Shown here: one piece after another, positions 48,416-57,313 of the stretch
How positions within the stretch are numbered: the first letter of the stretch is position 1
Layout: the number at the start of each line of letters is the position of its first letter
Origin: Endomicrobiales bacterium
GTDB lineage: Bacteria; Elusimicrobiota; Endomicrobiia; Endomicrobiales; JALOBY01
Reading direction: 5' to 3'
Length of the DNA: 64,000 nucleotides
Assembly (NCBI GenBank): GCA_023228045.1
Contig: JALOBY010000001.1
Coordinates: 32,966-96,965 of the forward strand
The notes under the pieces: generated by a model
Told to the model about the DNA's origin: nothing
Databases searched by the model: none
What the model saw: the letters and a program-made list of their open reading frames with translations, nothing else
Translations under genes and position numbers: made by a program

Positions 48416-49225
48416 TTATTTTAATGCAACAAAACCTTGTTCATCAACCAACTTTTGACCTTCTTGACTTTTAATAAAATCTATCAACTTTTTTACATCA
48501 CCTTTTGGGCTGCCATTTGTATACATAAACAATGGCCTTGAATATACATACTCTTTTGTAAGCACTGACTTTTTTGACGGTATAACTCCATCTATACTCA
48601 AAGCTTTTACCTTTTCAGATATAAACCCAAGTCCTACATAGCCAACTGCACCAGGGGTATTAGATACTGTAACTGCTATCTGCTGGTTAGATGCCATTGT
48701 AAGAGCATCCGAGCGCACTTTCTGAGCATCAAGTGCAAGTGAACCAAATGCTTCATAAGTTCCGCTTGCACTGTCTCTTGAAATAACAACTATCTTTGCA
48801 TCTTGCCCACCAATCTGTTTCCAGTTTGATATTTTACCGGTATAGATGTCCTTTACCTGCTTTTTTGTAAGTGCAGAAACAGTGTTTGAAGGATTAACAA
48901 TTACAGCTATACCGTCCATTGCAACAACATTTGCCTTTGCAATAACTCCGCGACCTGCTGCTTTTTGAATTTCTGAATCTTTCATGGAACGCGACATATT
49001 GGCAATGTCACAAGTTCCCTCTACAAGAGATGTTGCCCCAACGCCAGACCCACCACCACGCACACTTATCTCAATATCTTTGTTGGCATCCATGAATACT
49101 TCCGCCGCCGCTTGTGCTATTGGAAGCACGGTGGTAGAACCATCCATTACAATCTTTTTATTTACCGCAAAACAATTAACCGCAAGAACCGTCGCTAAGA
49201 AAATCGCTACTAAACTTTTTTTCAC
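48416..49225 (-). CDS. pstS: phosphate ABC transporter substrate-binding protein (PstS family)
   Basis: Signal peptide, GSTTVLPI and GGGSGVG motifs. First gene of the transporter. Confidence 0.85.
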   Translation of the reverse strand: MKKSLVAIFLATVLAVNCFAVNKKIVMDGSTTVLPIAQAAAEVFMDANKDIEISVRGGGSGVGATSLVEGTCDIANMSRSMKDSEIQKAAGRGVIAKANVVAMDGIAVIVNPSNTVSALTKKQVKDIYTGKISNWKQIGGQDAKIVVISRDSASGTYEAFGSLALDAQKVRSDALTMASNQQIAVTVSNTPGAVGYVGLGFISEKVKALSIDGVIPSKKSVLTKEYVYSRPLFMYTNGSPKGDVKKLIDFIKSQEGQKLVDEQGFVALK

Positions 49226-49270
49226 TGATTTCTCCTTGTAATAGTTTTTTAATACTTCACAAATAGCTAC

Positions 49271-50521
49271 TTAAAACTTTACAACAATATCTGCCTGTAA
49301 CAAGCTTTTTGGCGTTGTTTGAGAGTTACCTTTAATTGCATCCATCGCGTAATAGTCAAGTGTCAAACTGGTTGATTTTGTTAATCCAATCTCAATAATG
49401 ATTTCATCTCCAAGCGCATTTGTTTTTCCGCTGTACGAATCGGAGTCCGGAAAAGCATCAACAAAAGCATCGGTTTGAAGCCATCTTCTTAAATACTTTA
49501 CCTGCCATTGACCAAAATCACCAACCTTTGCAAACCCAAACTTAGCACCTGCAGCATAACCGACATTTTGTTCGCCAGAACTGTTATTTACAACATAATC
49601 ACTAAATAAGCCAAGAGAGTATCCAAATAAATCAGAAATTGTTAATTCAATACTTGGGTTAAGTGCTTCAAAAGAATTTTTTAAACCAGTCGTCGCTCCA
49701 GTGTTTGTACCTGCATTAAAATCAAGAATTTTATCTTTTACATTAAAGGCATAATAAGCAACTGCGGCCTTAACATTTAACATATCATTTACTTTCCAAT
49801 TAGCTCCGGGCTGAATGGCAAATAAGCTTGGATCTGAAGAATCAGTTGATGATTCATCAATTGTAATAAACTCTGGTGTAAGGAAAAGAGATAGCTCTGG
49901 TGTTAGAGTGTGAGTTAAGAAAAGTGCGGCACCATCTAAATTAAGATCTGTATCCCAAAGAATATCGCTTGTATTCCAAATTGGATTTCCCTTCATTTTA
50001 CCGATTTGCATTTTTGCATAACCAACTGGTTCGTATTCAATGTAACCATAATCAAGCATTAGCGGAGCTTTGCTGAAAGTATTTTGAAGTGTCCAGTTTG
50101 TTGAACGAGGCTCCCCATCACTAACATCGCTGCCTATAGCTGTACCTAAAGTTTTATTTATCCCAGTTGCCAAACCAAACCCTACCTTAACACCATCGGT
50201 AACTCTGGTATCAATGCCTAATCTTGCTCTTATCCTTGCCCTTGTGCGTGCCGCTGTATTAACTGCCCAATCGGTTTGAACTCTTGTTCTGAAATCACCC
50301 TTAAAGGACATATTTTGTATCCATTGAGGAAGTGTTTCCGATGTTCCGGCCGCTATAAGAGATCTTTCATCCTGATTAGTTTCTGTAATTATCTGCTGAG
50401 CATCACCTGGTGTTAATAAATTCAGATCAACCATTTTATTTACAAGCATATCAACCTGTGAACTAAAAGCATTTGTACAAAAAAGAACTGCCAAAACTAA
50501 CACTGCTAATACTTTACGCAT
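49271..50521 (-). CDS. outer-membrane porin (putatively phosphate-linked)
   Basis: Signal peptide, alternating beta-strand pattern and a C-terminal ...DIVVKF (terminal Phe). It sits between phoR and pstS. Confidence 0.55.
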   Translation of the reverse strand: MRKVLAVLVLAVLFCTNAFSSQVDMLVNKMVDLNLLTPGDAQQIITETNQDERSLIAAGTSETLPQWIQNMSFKGDFRTRVQTDWAVNTAARTRARIRARLGIDTRVTDGVKVGFGLATGINKTLGTAIGSDVSDGEPRSTNWTLQNTFSKAPLMLDYGYIEYEPVGYAKMQIGKMKGNPIWNTSDILWDTDLNLDGAALFLTHTLTPELSLFLTPEFITIDESSTDSSDPSLFAIQPGANWKVNDMLNVKAAVAYYAFNVKDKILDFNAGTNTGATTGLKNSFEALNPSIELTISDLFGYSLGLFSDYVVNNSSGEQNVGYAAGAKFGFAKVGDFGQWQVKYLRRWLQTDAFVDAFPDSDSYSGKTNALGDEIIIEIGLTKSTSLTLDYYAMDAIKGNSQTTPKSLLQADIVVKF

Positions 50522-50687
50522 TACAACCTCCTATATCGCGTTCCGCCTTCGGCGGAACTTATCCCGCCGTTGGCGGGGTTGGTTTGGCTTTAGTTAAATC
50601 GCCAAACCGCTCTACAAGGGAAAACCTAAGGTTTTCCCATTTCATCGTCGCTCGTAAAACTCGCTGAACCCTTTCCTAAATTGTAAA
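50522..50687 (-). repeat. L-family multi-hairpin leader element, copy B (compact prototype) abutting the porin start codon
   Basis: Four perfect hairpins on the minus strand: GGGAAAACC-TTA-GGTTTTCCC, GGTTTGGC-N12-GCCAAACC, CCCGCC-AAC-GGCGGG and GTTCCGCC-GAA-GGCGGAAC. These are followed by CGCGATATAGGAGGTTGTA-ATG. Confidence 0.7.
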
Positions 50688-50774
50688 AGAACATTGAATT
50701 TATTTGATCAGCTATCAACAACAAAAAATCAAATCACCTCCTGTGTAAAATTATAATGCCATCTTTCTGGCGAA

Positions 50775-50828
50775 ATTATAACAGAACACAATTAAGAGGT
50801 GATAAATAAATTGTTAATTTTGTGTTAA
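50775..50828 (-). promoter_or_regulatory. candidate PhoB-type operator array plus -10 element upstream of the porin-pst operon
   Basis: Minus strand has four 11-bp-phased units TTAACACAAAA / TTAACAATTTA / TTTATCACCTC / TTAATTGTGTT, then CTGTTATAAT (-10 at 50780-50775). Confidence 0.35.
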
Positions 50829-50859
50829 GAGGGTTTAACCTGGATTGTAAGACGATATA

Positions 50860-52569
50860 CTAAACAAGTGGAAGGTAAACTTTAAAGGTTGAACCAACAC
50901 CAGGCTCGCTTAAAACTTCAAGCTTGCCATTATGCAGATGAACAATATGTTTTACTATTGAAAGGCCCAAACCGGTGCCACCAAGTTTTTTTGAACGCGA
51001 TTTATCTACCACATAAAACCGCTCAAATATTTTATTTATACTTTCTTTTGGTATGCCTATACCTGTGTCTTTCACGCTCAATACTACATACCCATTGTCG
51101 CGTTGAATACTAACACTTATCTTACCTGATTCGCTATACTTTACTGCGTTATCCAACAAATTCACAATTACTTGTTCAACTTTAAGCTGGTCGGCAAGAA
51201 GCTCATACACATTAGAACTATCAAACTCAATTTTAATTCCCTTCTGCTCTGCTTTAGACAGAAATATTTCAATTTCATTTGCGACAAGTTTTGTTAAATC
51301 AAACTTTTCTTTTTCAAGTTCAGTTGTCTTTTCTTCAAGTTTAGAAAGCAACAACAGGTCTTTTACAATATAAATAAGTCGCTCGCTATTCTTTTGAACT
51401 ATTGGCAAATACTCGGTAGTGTTTTCTTCCTGCATTGTCTCAACAAAACCTTTAATGGCTGTAAGTGGTGTCATAAGTTCATGCGATACATTTGCAACAA
51501 ACTCTTTCTTTATTTTTTCAATGTTTCTTGACTGAGTAACATCAAACAATACAAGCATCACCTCACTTCCCGCCTTAACAAGGGAAACTGTTGGTGCATA
51601 GATTAGCCCGTTGCGCGCTACATCTGGCAATTTATGAAACACATTGTCAGAAAGCGAAGAAATACCAGTAAAATCAGATAAAGTAAGTACCTCCCAAAGG
51701 TGTTTACCATTTAAATTTTCCAAACTAACAATCTCTGCAAATTTTCGGTTAAATATTATTATTTTTTGATTTTTATCAAATACAACTATTCCCTCTTCAA
51801 GTGAAGAGAGAATTCTATTCATAAGTTCTCTACTTTCAGAAAGCTCAGAAAATAAACCTTTGATTTTCTCACCCATAGAATTAAAATTATCCGCAAGATT
51901 TTTAACTTCACCTTGTGTTTTAATATAAACTCTTGCTGAAAAATCGCCCGTGGCTATCTTACTAGCGGCAGCACCAATTTGAGAAAGTGGCCCTGCTATT
52001 TTTTTTGAAAGTATATACGCTAATAACAAGGAAAGTAATAAAGTAACCAACGCTACATTTAAAATTTTATCCCATATTTCAAGCTGAAAGCCCTTAATAG
52101 CAGAAACCGGCACACTTAACCGTAGAACAGCCACACTATTTAAAACACCTTGATCTTTAACTGGTACTGCAACATAAAACATCTGTTTCTTTTCAGTTTG
52201 GCTAAACCGCGTTGCTTTTCCTATGCGCCCATCTAAGGCATCACTTATTTCCGGCCTGAATTTATGGTTATCCATTGTTGAGATATCATTTTCAGAATCT
52301 GAAAGAACATTGCCCTGCAAGTTAACAACTGTAACTCTTGCATTAATAGCCTTCGCAGCTTTTGCAACATATAAGTTCAAAGCATTTTTGTTATCAATAA
52401 ATTTCAAAACTTCTGGGGTAAGAAGGGCTGAGTTTTTTTCAAGCGTGTCGGAGAGGAGAGAATAGTGCTGTTTCTTAACAGTTTCAAAAGAAACAAAAAG
52501 CAACACAACACAAAGAAGTGTTGTTATAATAAAAAAACTAAAAAAAAGTTTTGCAAATAAACTTTTCAT
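50860..52569 (-). CDS. phoR: phosphate-regulon-type sensor histidine kinase (HAMP-PAS-HisKA-HATPase)
   Basis: FVANVSHELMTPLT H-box plus N/G boxes (DNAVKY, GGTGLGLSIVKH). Overlaps phoB by 4 nt and lies beside the pst operon. Confidence 0.75.
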   Translation of the reverse strand: MKSLFAKLFFSFFIITTLLCVVLLFVSFETVKKQHYSLLSDTLEKNSALLTPEVLKFIDNKNALNLYVAKAAKAINARVTVVNLQGNVLSDSENDISTMDNHKFRPEISDALDGRIGKATRFSQTEKKQMFYVAVPVKDQGVLNSVAVLRLSVPVSAIKGFQLEIWDKILNVALVTLLLSLLLAYILSKKIAGPLSQIGAAASKIATGDFSARVYIKTQGEVKNLADNFNSMGEKIKGLFSELSESRELMNRILSSLEEGIVVFDKNQKIIIFNRKFAEIVSLENLNGKHLWEVLTLSDFTGISSLSDNVFHKLPDVARNGLIYAPTVSLVKAGSEVMLVLFDVTQSRNIEKIKKEFVANVSHELMTPLTAIKGFVETMQEENTTEYLPIVQKNSERLIYIVKDLLLLSKLEEKTTELEKEKFDLTKLVANEIEIFLSKAEQKGIKIEFDSSNVYELLADQLKVEQVIVNLLDNAVKYSESGKISVSIQRDNGYVVLSVKDTGIGIPKESINKIFERFYVVDKSRSKKLGGTGLGLSIVKHIVHLHNGKLEVLSEPGVGSTFKVYLPLV

Positions 52570-53243
52570 TCTTCTAATTTATAACCTATGCTTCTTATAT
52601 TTTTTATGAACTTTCCTGCCTTGCCAAGCTTTTCACGCAGATTTTTTATGTGTACATCTACCGTACGATCTAACACAGCTTTTTCTCCCCATAGATGATC
52701 AAGAATATTCTCCCTTGAGAAAACAAAACCAATTTTTGACGCAAATAGCTCCAAAAGTTTAAACTCAGTAGTTGTAAGCTCTACCTGCCTGCCATCTACA
52801 AAAGCTTTAAACCGTTCAAAATCAAGCTTTAATATTCCACCTATTAAAATCTCTTTTGACACACTCTTTCGTTCATTGCGCCTTAATACCGCCTTTACCC
52901 TTGCAACCAACTCTTTTGGCGAAAACGGCTTTGTAACATAATCGTCGGCACCAAACTCAAGACCAAGTATTTTATCGGTTTCATCGGCTTTTGCGGTAAG
53001 CATAATAATTGGAATTAAATCATAGCGCGAATCTTTTTTTAAATTTCTACAAATCTCAAAACCGTCCATATCAGGCAACATAATATCTAAAATAACCAAT
53101 TCTGGTTTTTGCTTGGCAATAAACTTAAAAAACTTAGCGCCATCAGCAAAAACCTTTGGCTCAAAACCACTTTTTCTTAAATTTATAGCTACAAGCTCTA
53201 AAATATCTTCTTCGTCATCTACTATTGCAATAAGCTTTGACAT
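52566..53243 (-). CDS. phoB: OmpR/PhoB-family response regulator
   Basis: Receiver domain (ILDIMLPDMDG) plus a winged-helix output (LTTTEFKLLELF..RTVDVHI..LR.K). Paired with phoR and pst. Confidence 0.8.
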   Translation of the reverse strand: MSKLIAIVDDEEDILELVAINLRKSGFEPKVFADGAKFFKFIAKQKPELVILDIMLPDMDGFEICRNLKKDSRYDLIPIIMLTAKADETDKILGLEFGADDYVTKPFSPKELVARVKAVLRRNERKSVSKEILIGGILKLDFERFKAFVDGRQVELTTTEFKLLELFASKIGFVFSRENILDHLWGEKAVLDRTVDVHIKNLREKLGKAGKFIKNIRSIGYKLEE

Positions 53244-53280
53244 TTTTCCTCTTAAAGTAAAATTATCTACTCGTTGAAAA

Positions 53281-54615
53281 TCAATGTAACTTGTTAACTA
53301 AATTTTTAAAAATCTGCCCACGATGTTCAAAATTTTTAAATTGATCAAAGGAAGCGCAAGCAGGAGAGAGTAAAACCACATCATTGTTTATGGCATGTTT
53401 ATTAGCGTAAGTTATTGCGTTTTTGAGTGTTTTGCAATCAATTATTTGAACAACTCCAGCGAAAGCTTTTTTTATAATTAAAGAAGCTTCTCCAATTAAC
53501 AGAATTCCTTTAACCTTTCGTTTAACTAATGAAAAAATCGGCTTATATGGCGCGCCTTTGTCACGGCCGCCAAGTATAAGCCAAATAGGCCTGTTATATG
53601 CTTCAAGTGCTACCCTTGTTGAGTCAACATTTGTACCTTTAGAATCATTTACATAGTCAACACCATTTACCCTTTTAACAAATTCAATTCTATGCTCAAC
53701 ACCCTTAAAATTTTTTACAACTTTTGCAACGGCAAGCGGATTTAATCCTGCGCAAATAGCAATTGCAACTGCAGCCATAGCGTTCTCAATGTTATGCAGA
53801 CCTGGTATTTTTATGTCTGTCTTAAAAGAAAAATTTACCTTTCCAATTTTAATATGTATGAAGCCATCGGCAAACCAAACACCTTTTTTCAAAGCTCTTT
53901 TAGAGCTAAAAAACACAATTTTAGAAATACATTTTTTTGAAAGCACTCTGCAGTGTTTATCTTCAAAATTTAAAATGCAGTAATCTTTGGGCTTTTGGTT
54001 TAAAAAAATGTTACTTTTGGCCAGAATATAATTTTGCATATTACCGTGGTGTTCGCAATGGTCAGGAGTTATGTTTAATATGGCACAAATGTTTGGGCGA
54101 AACGAGGAAGAGTCCTGTAATTGATAGCTTGAAAGTTCAAGTACAAGGTTAGTTTTTGAATCTACATTATTTACCACTGAAGAAAGCGGCTTGCCAATAT
54201 TGCCTGCGACAATTGTTTTACCTGTACATTTTTTAAATATCTCGCCGGTAAGCACGGTGGTGGTTGTTTTTCCATTAGTACCGGTTATAGCAACAACTTT
54301 TTTAGGTTTAATAAAACTAAGCGCAAAATCAATTTCACTTTTAAGAGGTATTTTCCTCTTATTTACTTTTTTTATAATAGGCAAATCTGCATGTAGGCCA
54401 GGGCTTTTAATAACTATGTCAGCATTTAGAACCTTATCGGTATGGCCTTCTATTTCAAAAGGAATATTTTTATTTAATTCTTTTCTATTCTGGCCAGACC
54501 TTGAGTCGCTAACAAAAACTTTAGCGCCAAGAGTGTACGCAAGGTTTGCGAAAGATACGCCAGTCAGCCCCATACCTAAAACAGAGATTTTTTTGTCTTT
54601 TAATATTTTTTTCAT
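53281..54615 (-). CDS. murD: UDP-N-acetylmuramoylalanine--D-glutamate ligase
   Basis: Start moved to MKKILKDKKISVLGMGLTG (ATGA overlap with the mraY stop). Contains GTNGKTTT. Confidence 0.9.
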   Translation of the reverse strand: MKKILKDKKISVLGMGLTGVSFANLAYTLGAKVFVSDSRSGQNRKELNKNIPFEIEGHTDKVLNADIVIKSPGLHADLPIIKKVNKRKIPLKSEIDFALSFIKPKKVVAITGTNGKTTTTVLTGEIFKKCTGKTIVAGNIGKPLSSVVNNVDSKTNLVLELSSYQLQDSSSFRPNICAILNITPDHCEHHGNMQNYILAKSNIFLNQKPKDYCILNFEDKHCRVLSKKCISKIVFFSSKRALKKGVWFADGFIHIKIGKVNFSFKTDIKIPGLHNIENAMAAVAIAICAGLNPLAVAKVVKNFKGVEHRIEFVKRVNGVDYVNDSKGTNVDSTRVALEAYNRPIWLILGGRDKGAPYKPIFSLVKRKVKGILLIGEASLIIKKAFAGVVQIIDCKTLKNAITYANKHAINNDVVLLSPACASFDQFKNFEHRGQIFKNLVNKLH

Positions 54616-55697
54616 CTTATTTTTAATGACACAAAAGACAACAATGCAAGTATGATGCCAATAATCCAAAACCGCACAGTAACTTTATTTTCGGCAAGGC
54701 CGCCAAGCTCAAAGTGATGGTGTAATGGCGACATTCTAAAAACACGCCTTTTAAAATGCCTGAACGAAAAAACCTGAATCATAACAGACAATGCTTCTGC
54801 AACAAAAACACCACCCAATACAACTAATATAAGTTCCTGTTTTATAAATATCGCAACAAGCCCCAAAATTCCGCCAAGGAACAAACTGCCTGTATCACCC
54901 ATAAAAACATCGGCAGGGTAAGCATTAAACCATAAAAATCCAAGGCACGAGCCTATCATAGCCCCCAAAAGCACACTTAATTCACCCGCTCCGACAACAT
55001 GAACAACCTTGAGATATTTGGCTATTTCAATATGGCCTGCAAAATAGGCGAAAAAAGCTAAAGCAATTGCCGCAATTAATAAATTCCCTACCGCAAGACC
55101 GTCTAAGCCATCTGTAAGGTTAACAGCATTTGAACTGCCAACAATTATCAAAAACACAAACAACATATAACCATATGACAAATTTACAAACATACTTTTA
55201 ATGTATGGTATGTTTACACTTGAAACAAAATTTGAGTTTGATGGTAAAAACCATAAATAAGCGGCAACACCAACAGCAAAAAGGGCCTGCCAAAATAATT
55301 TTGTTTTGGCGGAGATACCTTTTGGATTCTTTTTTATAAGCTTTGTGTAATCATCAAGAAAACCCAAAAAACCAAGCCAAAGCATACCAGCAAGGCACAA
55401 GAGAATAAACCTATTATCTAAACGAGCCCATAAAAGCGTTGAACCAACAAGTGATACTAATATTAGCAATCCACCCATAGTTGGCGTTCCTGATTTTCCT
55501 AAATGTGTTTTTGGGCCATCCTGCCTTATATGCTGGCCTATTTCTTTCTTTTTTAAATAAGAAATAAACCATGGACCCACAAGAAAACTTATAAGCAGAC
55601 TTGTAAGTATTGCCGCACCACTTCTAAAAGTAATGTATTGAAATATATTTAACGGCGAAAAAAATATTTTTAAAGGATAAAGTAGATGATAAAGCAT
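54612..55697 (-). CDS. mraY: phospho-N-acetylmuramoyl-pentapeptide transferase
   Basis: GTPTMGG, NAVNLTDGLDGLA and PLHHHFE motifs. Confidence 0.95.
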   Translation of the reverse strand: MLYHLLYPLKIFFSPLNIFQYITFRSGAAILTSLLISFLVGPWFISYLKKKEIGQHIRQDGPKTHLGKSGTPTMGGLLILVSLVGSTLLWARLDNRFILLCLAGMLWLGFLGFLDDYTKLIKKNPKGISAKTKLFWQALFAVGVAAYLWFLPSNSNFVSSVNIPYIKSMFVNLSYGYMLFVFLIIVGSSNAVNLTDGLDGLAVGNLLIAAIALAFFAYFAGHIEIAKYLKVVHVVGAGELSVLLGAMIGSCLGFLWFNAYPADVFMGDTGSLFLGGILGLVAIFIKQELILVVLGGVFVAEALSVMIQVFSFRHFKRRVFRMSPLHHHFELGGLAENKVTVRFWIIGIILALLSFVSLKIR

Positions 55698-55701
55698 TTA
55701 G

Positions 55702-57087
55702 TTATTCCCTCTCTTTAATAAATTCAATTGCTTTCTCTAAACGCATTGCGCGAGAAGCTTTTAAAAAAATTGTTTTGTTTTTTATTTCTAGCGAATTTAA
55801 AGCTTCGCATAAAGCAGTTACATTTTTAAAATAACCTGCATTTTCAAAATTGTATGATTTGTAAGCAAACCGCATAAGTTCACCAACAAATAACACCTTT
55901 TCAAATTTTTTGCCACGCAAATATAAACCAAATTTTTCATGCTCGCTTTGAGCATCCGCGCCAAGTTCAAGCATATCTCCGAGCACCAAAACTATATTTT
56001 TACTATCAAAAGAACTTAATAACGCATCAATCGATGCAAGCATAGATGTTGGGTTTGCATTATAGGCATCGTTAATAACCGTTGTGTTTAACGAATGAAT
56101 TTTTGAAATATTAGAACGCAACGGAGATGTTTTAAATTCACTTAAACCAACCGCTATTTCATCTAAGCTAAAACCAAAGGCGCTTGCGCCAGCACCCGCC
56201 GCAAGAGCATTATAAACATTATGTTTACCAAATGTATTTAGCATAACATCTTTTGTTTTTCCAAATACATTTATGTTAAATTTTATATTTTCACCTAAAG
56301 ATACAATATCTGAGGCAGTTATATCGGCATTGTTATTTATGCCAAAGGTTAAATAATCTACTTTGCTTGTTTTTGCCTCACGCAACAACAACTCATCATC
56401 CGCGTTTACAACAGCTAAACCATCTTGCCCTAATGAAGTAAATATTGAACATTTTTCTTTCAAAATTGCATTTTTTGAGCCAAAACCCTCTAAATGCGCA
56501 AGCCCTACATTTGTTATTATGGCAACTTGTGGGGCAACAATATCTGAAAGAATTTTTATTTCACCAGGGTAAGATGCACCCAACTCAAGCACACAAAAAT
56601 CGTAGGAACTATTTAGCCCAAAAACTGTAAGTGGCAAACCAATTTGATTATTAAAATTCCCTTGAGTTTTTAATACTTTAGAACTTGTTTGCAATATTGA
56701 AGCGAGCATTTCTTTAGTTGTGGTTTTGCCGCAAGACCCTGTTATCGCCGCCACATTTACACTAAATTTTTTTCTGTAATAATGCGCAAGTGCTCCAAGC
56801 GCCGTAGTTGTATTTTCTACAACAATTACAGGTTTATTATTAAGTATATTAGCTAAGTTTTTTACTTTATTTTTCTTGACAACAACCGCTTTGGCTCCAA
56901 CATTAAAAGCATCTTGTATAAAATCATGACCGTCAAAATTATTCCCGGAAATTGCAAAAAAACAACTGTCTTCAATACTTACCCTTGTATCAATAGAGAC
57001 ACTTGTGACGGAAAAATTTCTATCACCAATAAAATCAGAACTCCCACGCAGTGCACCTATAAGCTCAGAAAAAGATAATTTTTCCAT
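55702..57087 (-). CDS. murF: UDP-N-acetylmuramoyl-tripeptide--D-alanyl-D-alanine ligase
   Basis: ITGSCGKTTTKE and DAYNANPTSM motifs. dcw position. Confidence 0.9.
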   Translation of the reverse strand: MEKLSFSELIGALRGSSDFIGDRNFSVTSVSIDTRVSIEDSCFFAISGNNFDGHDFIQDAFNVGAKAVVVKKNKVKNLANILNNKPVIVVENTTTALGALAHYYRKKFSVNVAAITGSCGKTTTKEMLASILQTSSKVLKTQGNFNNQIGLPLTVFGLNSSYDFCVLELGASYPGEIKILSDIVAPQVAIITNVGLAHLEGFGSKNAILKEKCSIFTSLGQDGLAVVNADDELLLREAKTSKVDYLTFGINNNADITASDIVSLGENIKFNINVFGKTKDVMLNTFGKHNVYNALAAGAGASAFGFSLDEIAVGLSEFKTSPLRSNISKIHSLNTTVINDAYNANPTSMLASIDALLSSFDSKNIVLVLGDMLELGADAQSEHEKFGLYLRGKKFEKVLFVGELMRFAYKSYNFENAGYFKNVTALCEALNSLEIKNKTIFLKASRAMRLEKAIEFIKERE

Positions 57088-57140
57088 TATTTAATTACTC
57101 TTGCTTGTTTTTATGGCAATCTTTGGAATGTATTACTGAA

Positions 57141-57310
57141 CTGAACCCAAATTTTACAATAGGGTTTGGAATTCGTCAAAAGATATGGGATATTTTTTTC
57201 TGCAAAAACCTTGCAAATGGAATAACCATTCGCTGCAATTTTTGCATCAAAACTACATCCATCTCTTTCGACTCGGTTCTCAAACCTATTGCAAAGTTCG
57301 GATTGAAGGG
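57141..57310. repeat. X-family long imperfect hairpin (about 170 nt) in the murE-murF spacer
   Basis: Arms CTGAACCCAAATTTTACAATAGG / (rc) CAATCCGAACTTTGCAATAGG. Apex AATGG-AATAA-CCATT. Inverted orientation relative to the 38749 copy. Confidence 0.8.
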
Positions 57311-57313
57311 ATT

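Noticed and set aside
50522-50690. Known riboswitch classes for the L hairpins: guanidine-II (mini-ykkC tandem hairpins), c-di-GMP-I (GEMM) and ZTP.
   Set aside because: The loops are 3-nt AAC/GAA rather than ACGR tetraloops. There is no GNRA-tetraloop/receptor pair with the GEMM conserved core, and no ZTP CCGCCUGGGC pseudoknot motif.
50733-50742. Perfect 10-nt Shine-Dalgarno AGGAGGTGAT (plus strand ATCACCTCCT, identical to the 16S 3' tail) in the predicted porin 5' UTR. This suggested a leader peptide or an rRNA fragment.
   Set aside because: The only start nearby (TTG, 4-nt spacing) opens a 5-codon frame (TTG ATT TTT TGT TGT TGA). No rRNA-like sequence flanks it. It could still be a ribosome standby site, but I cannot support that.
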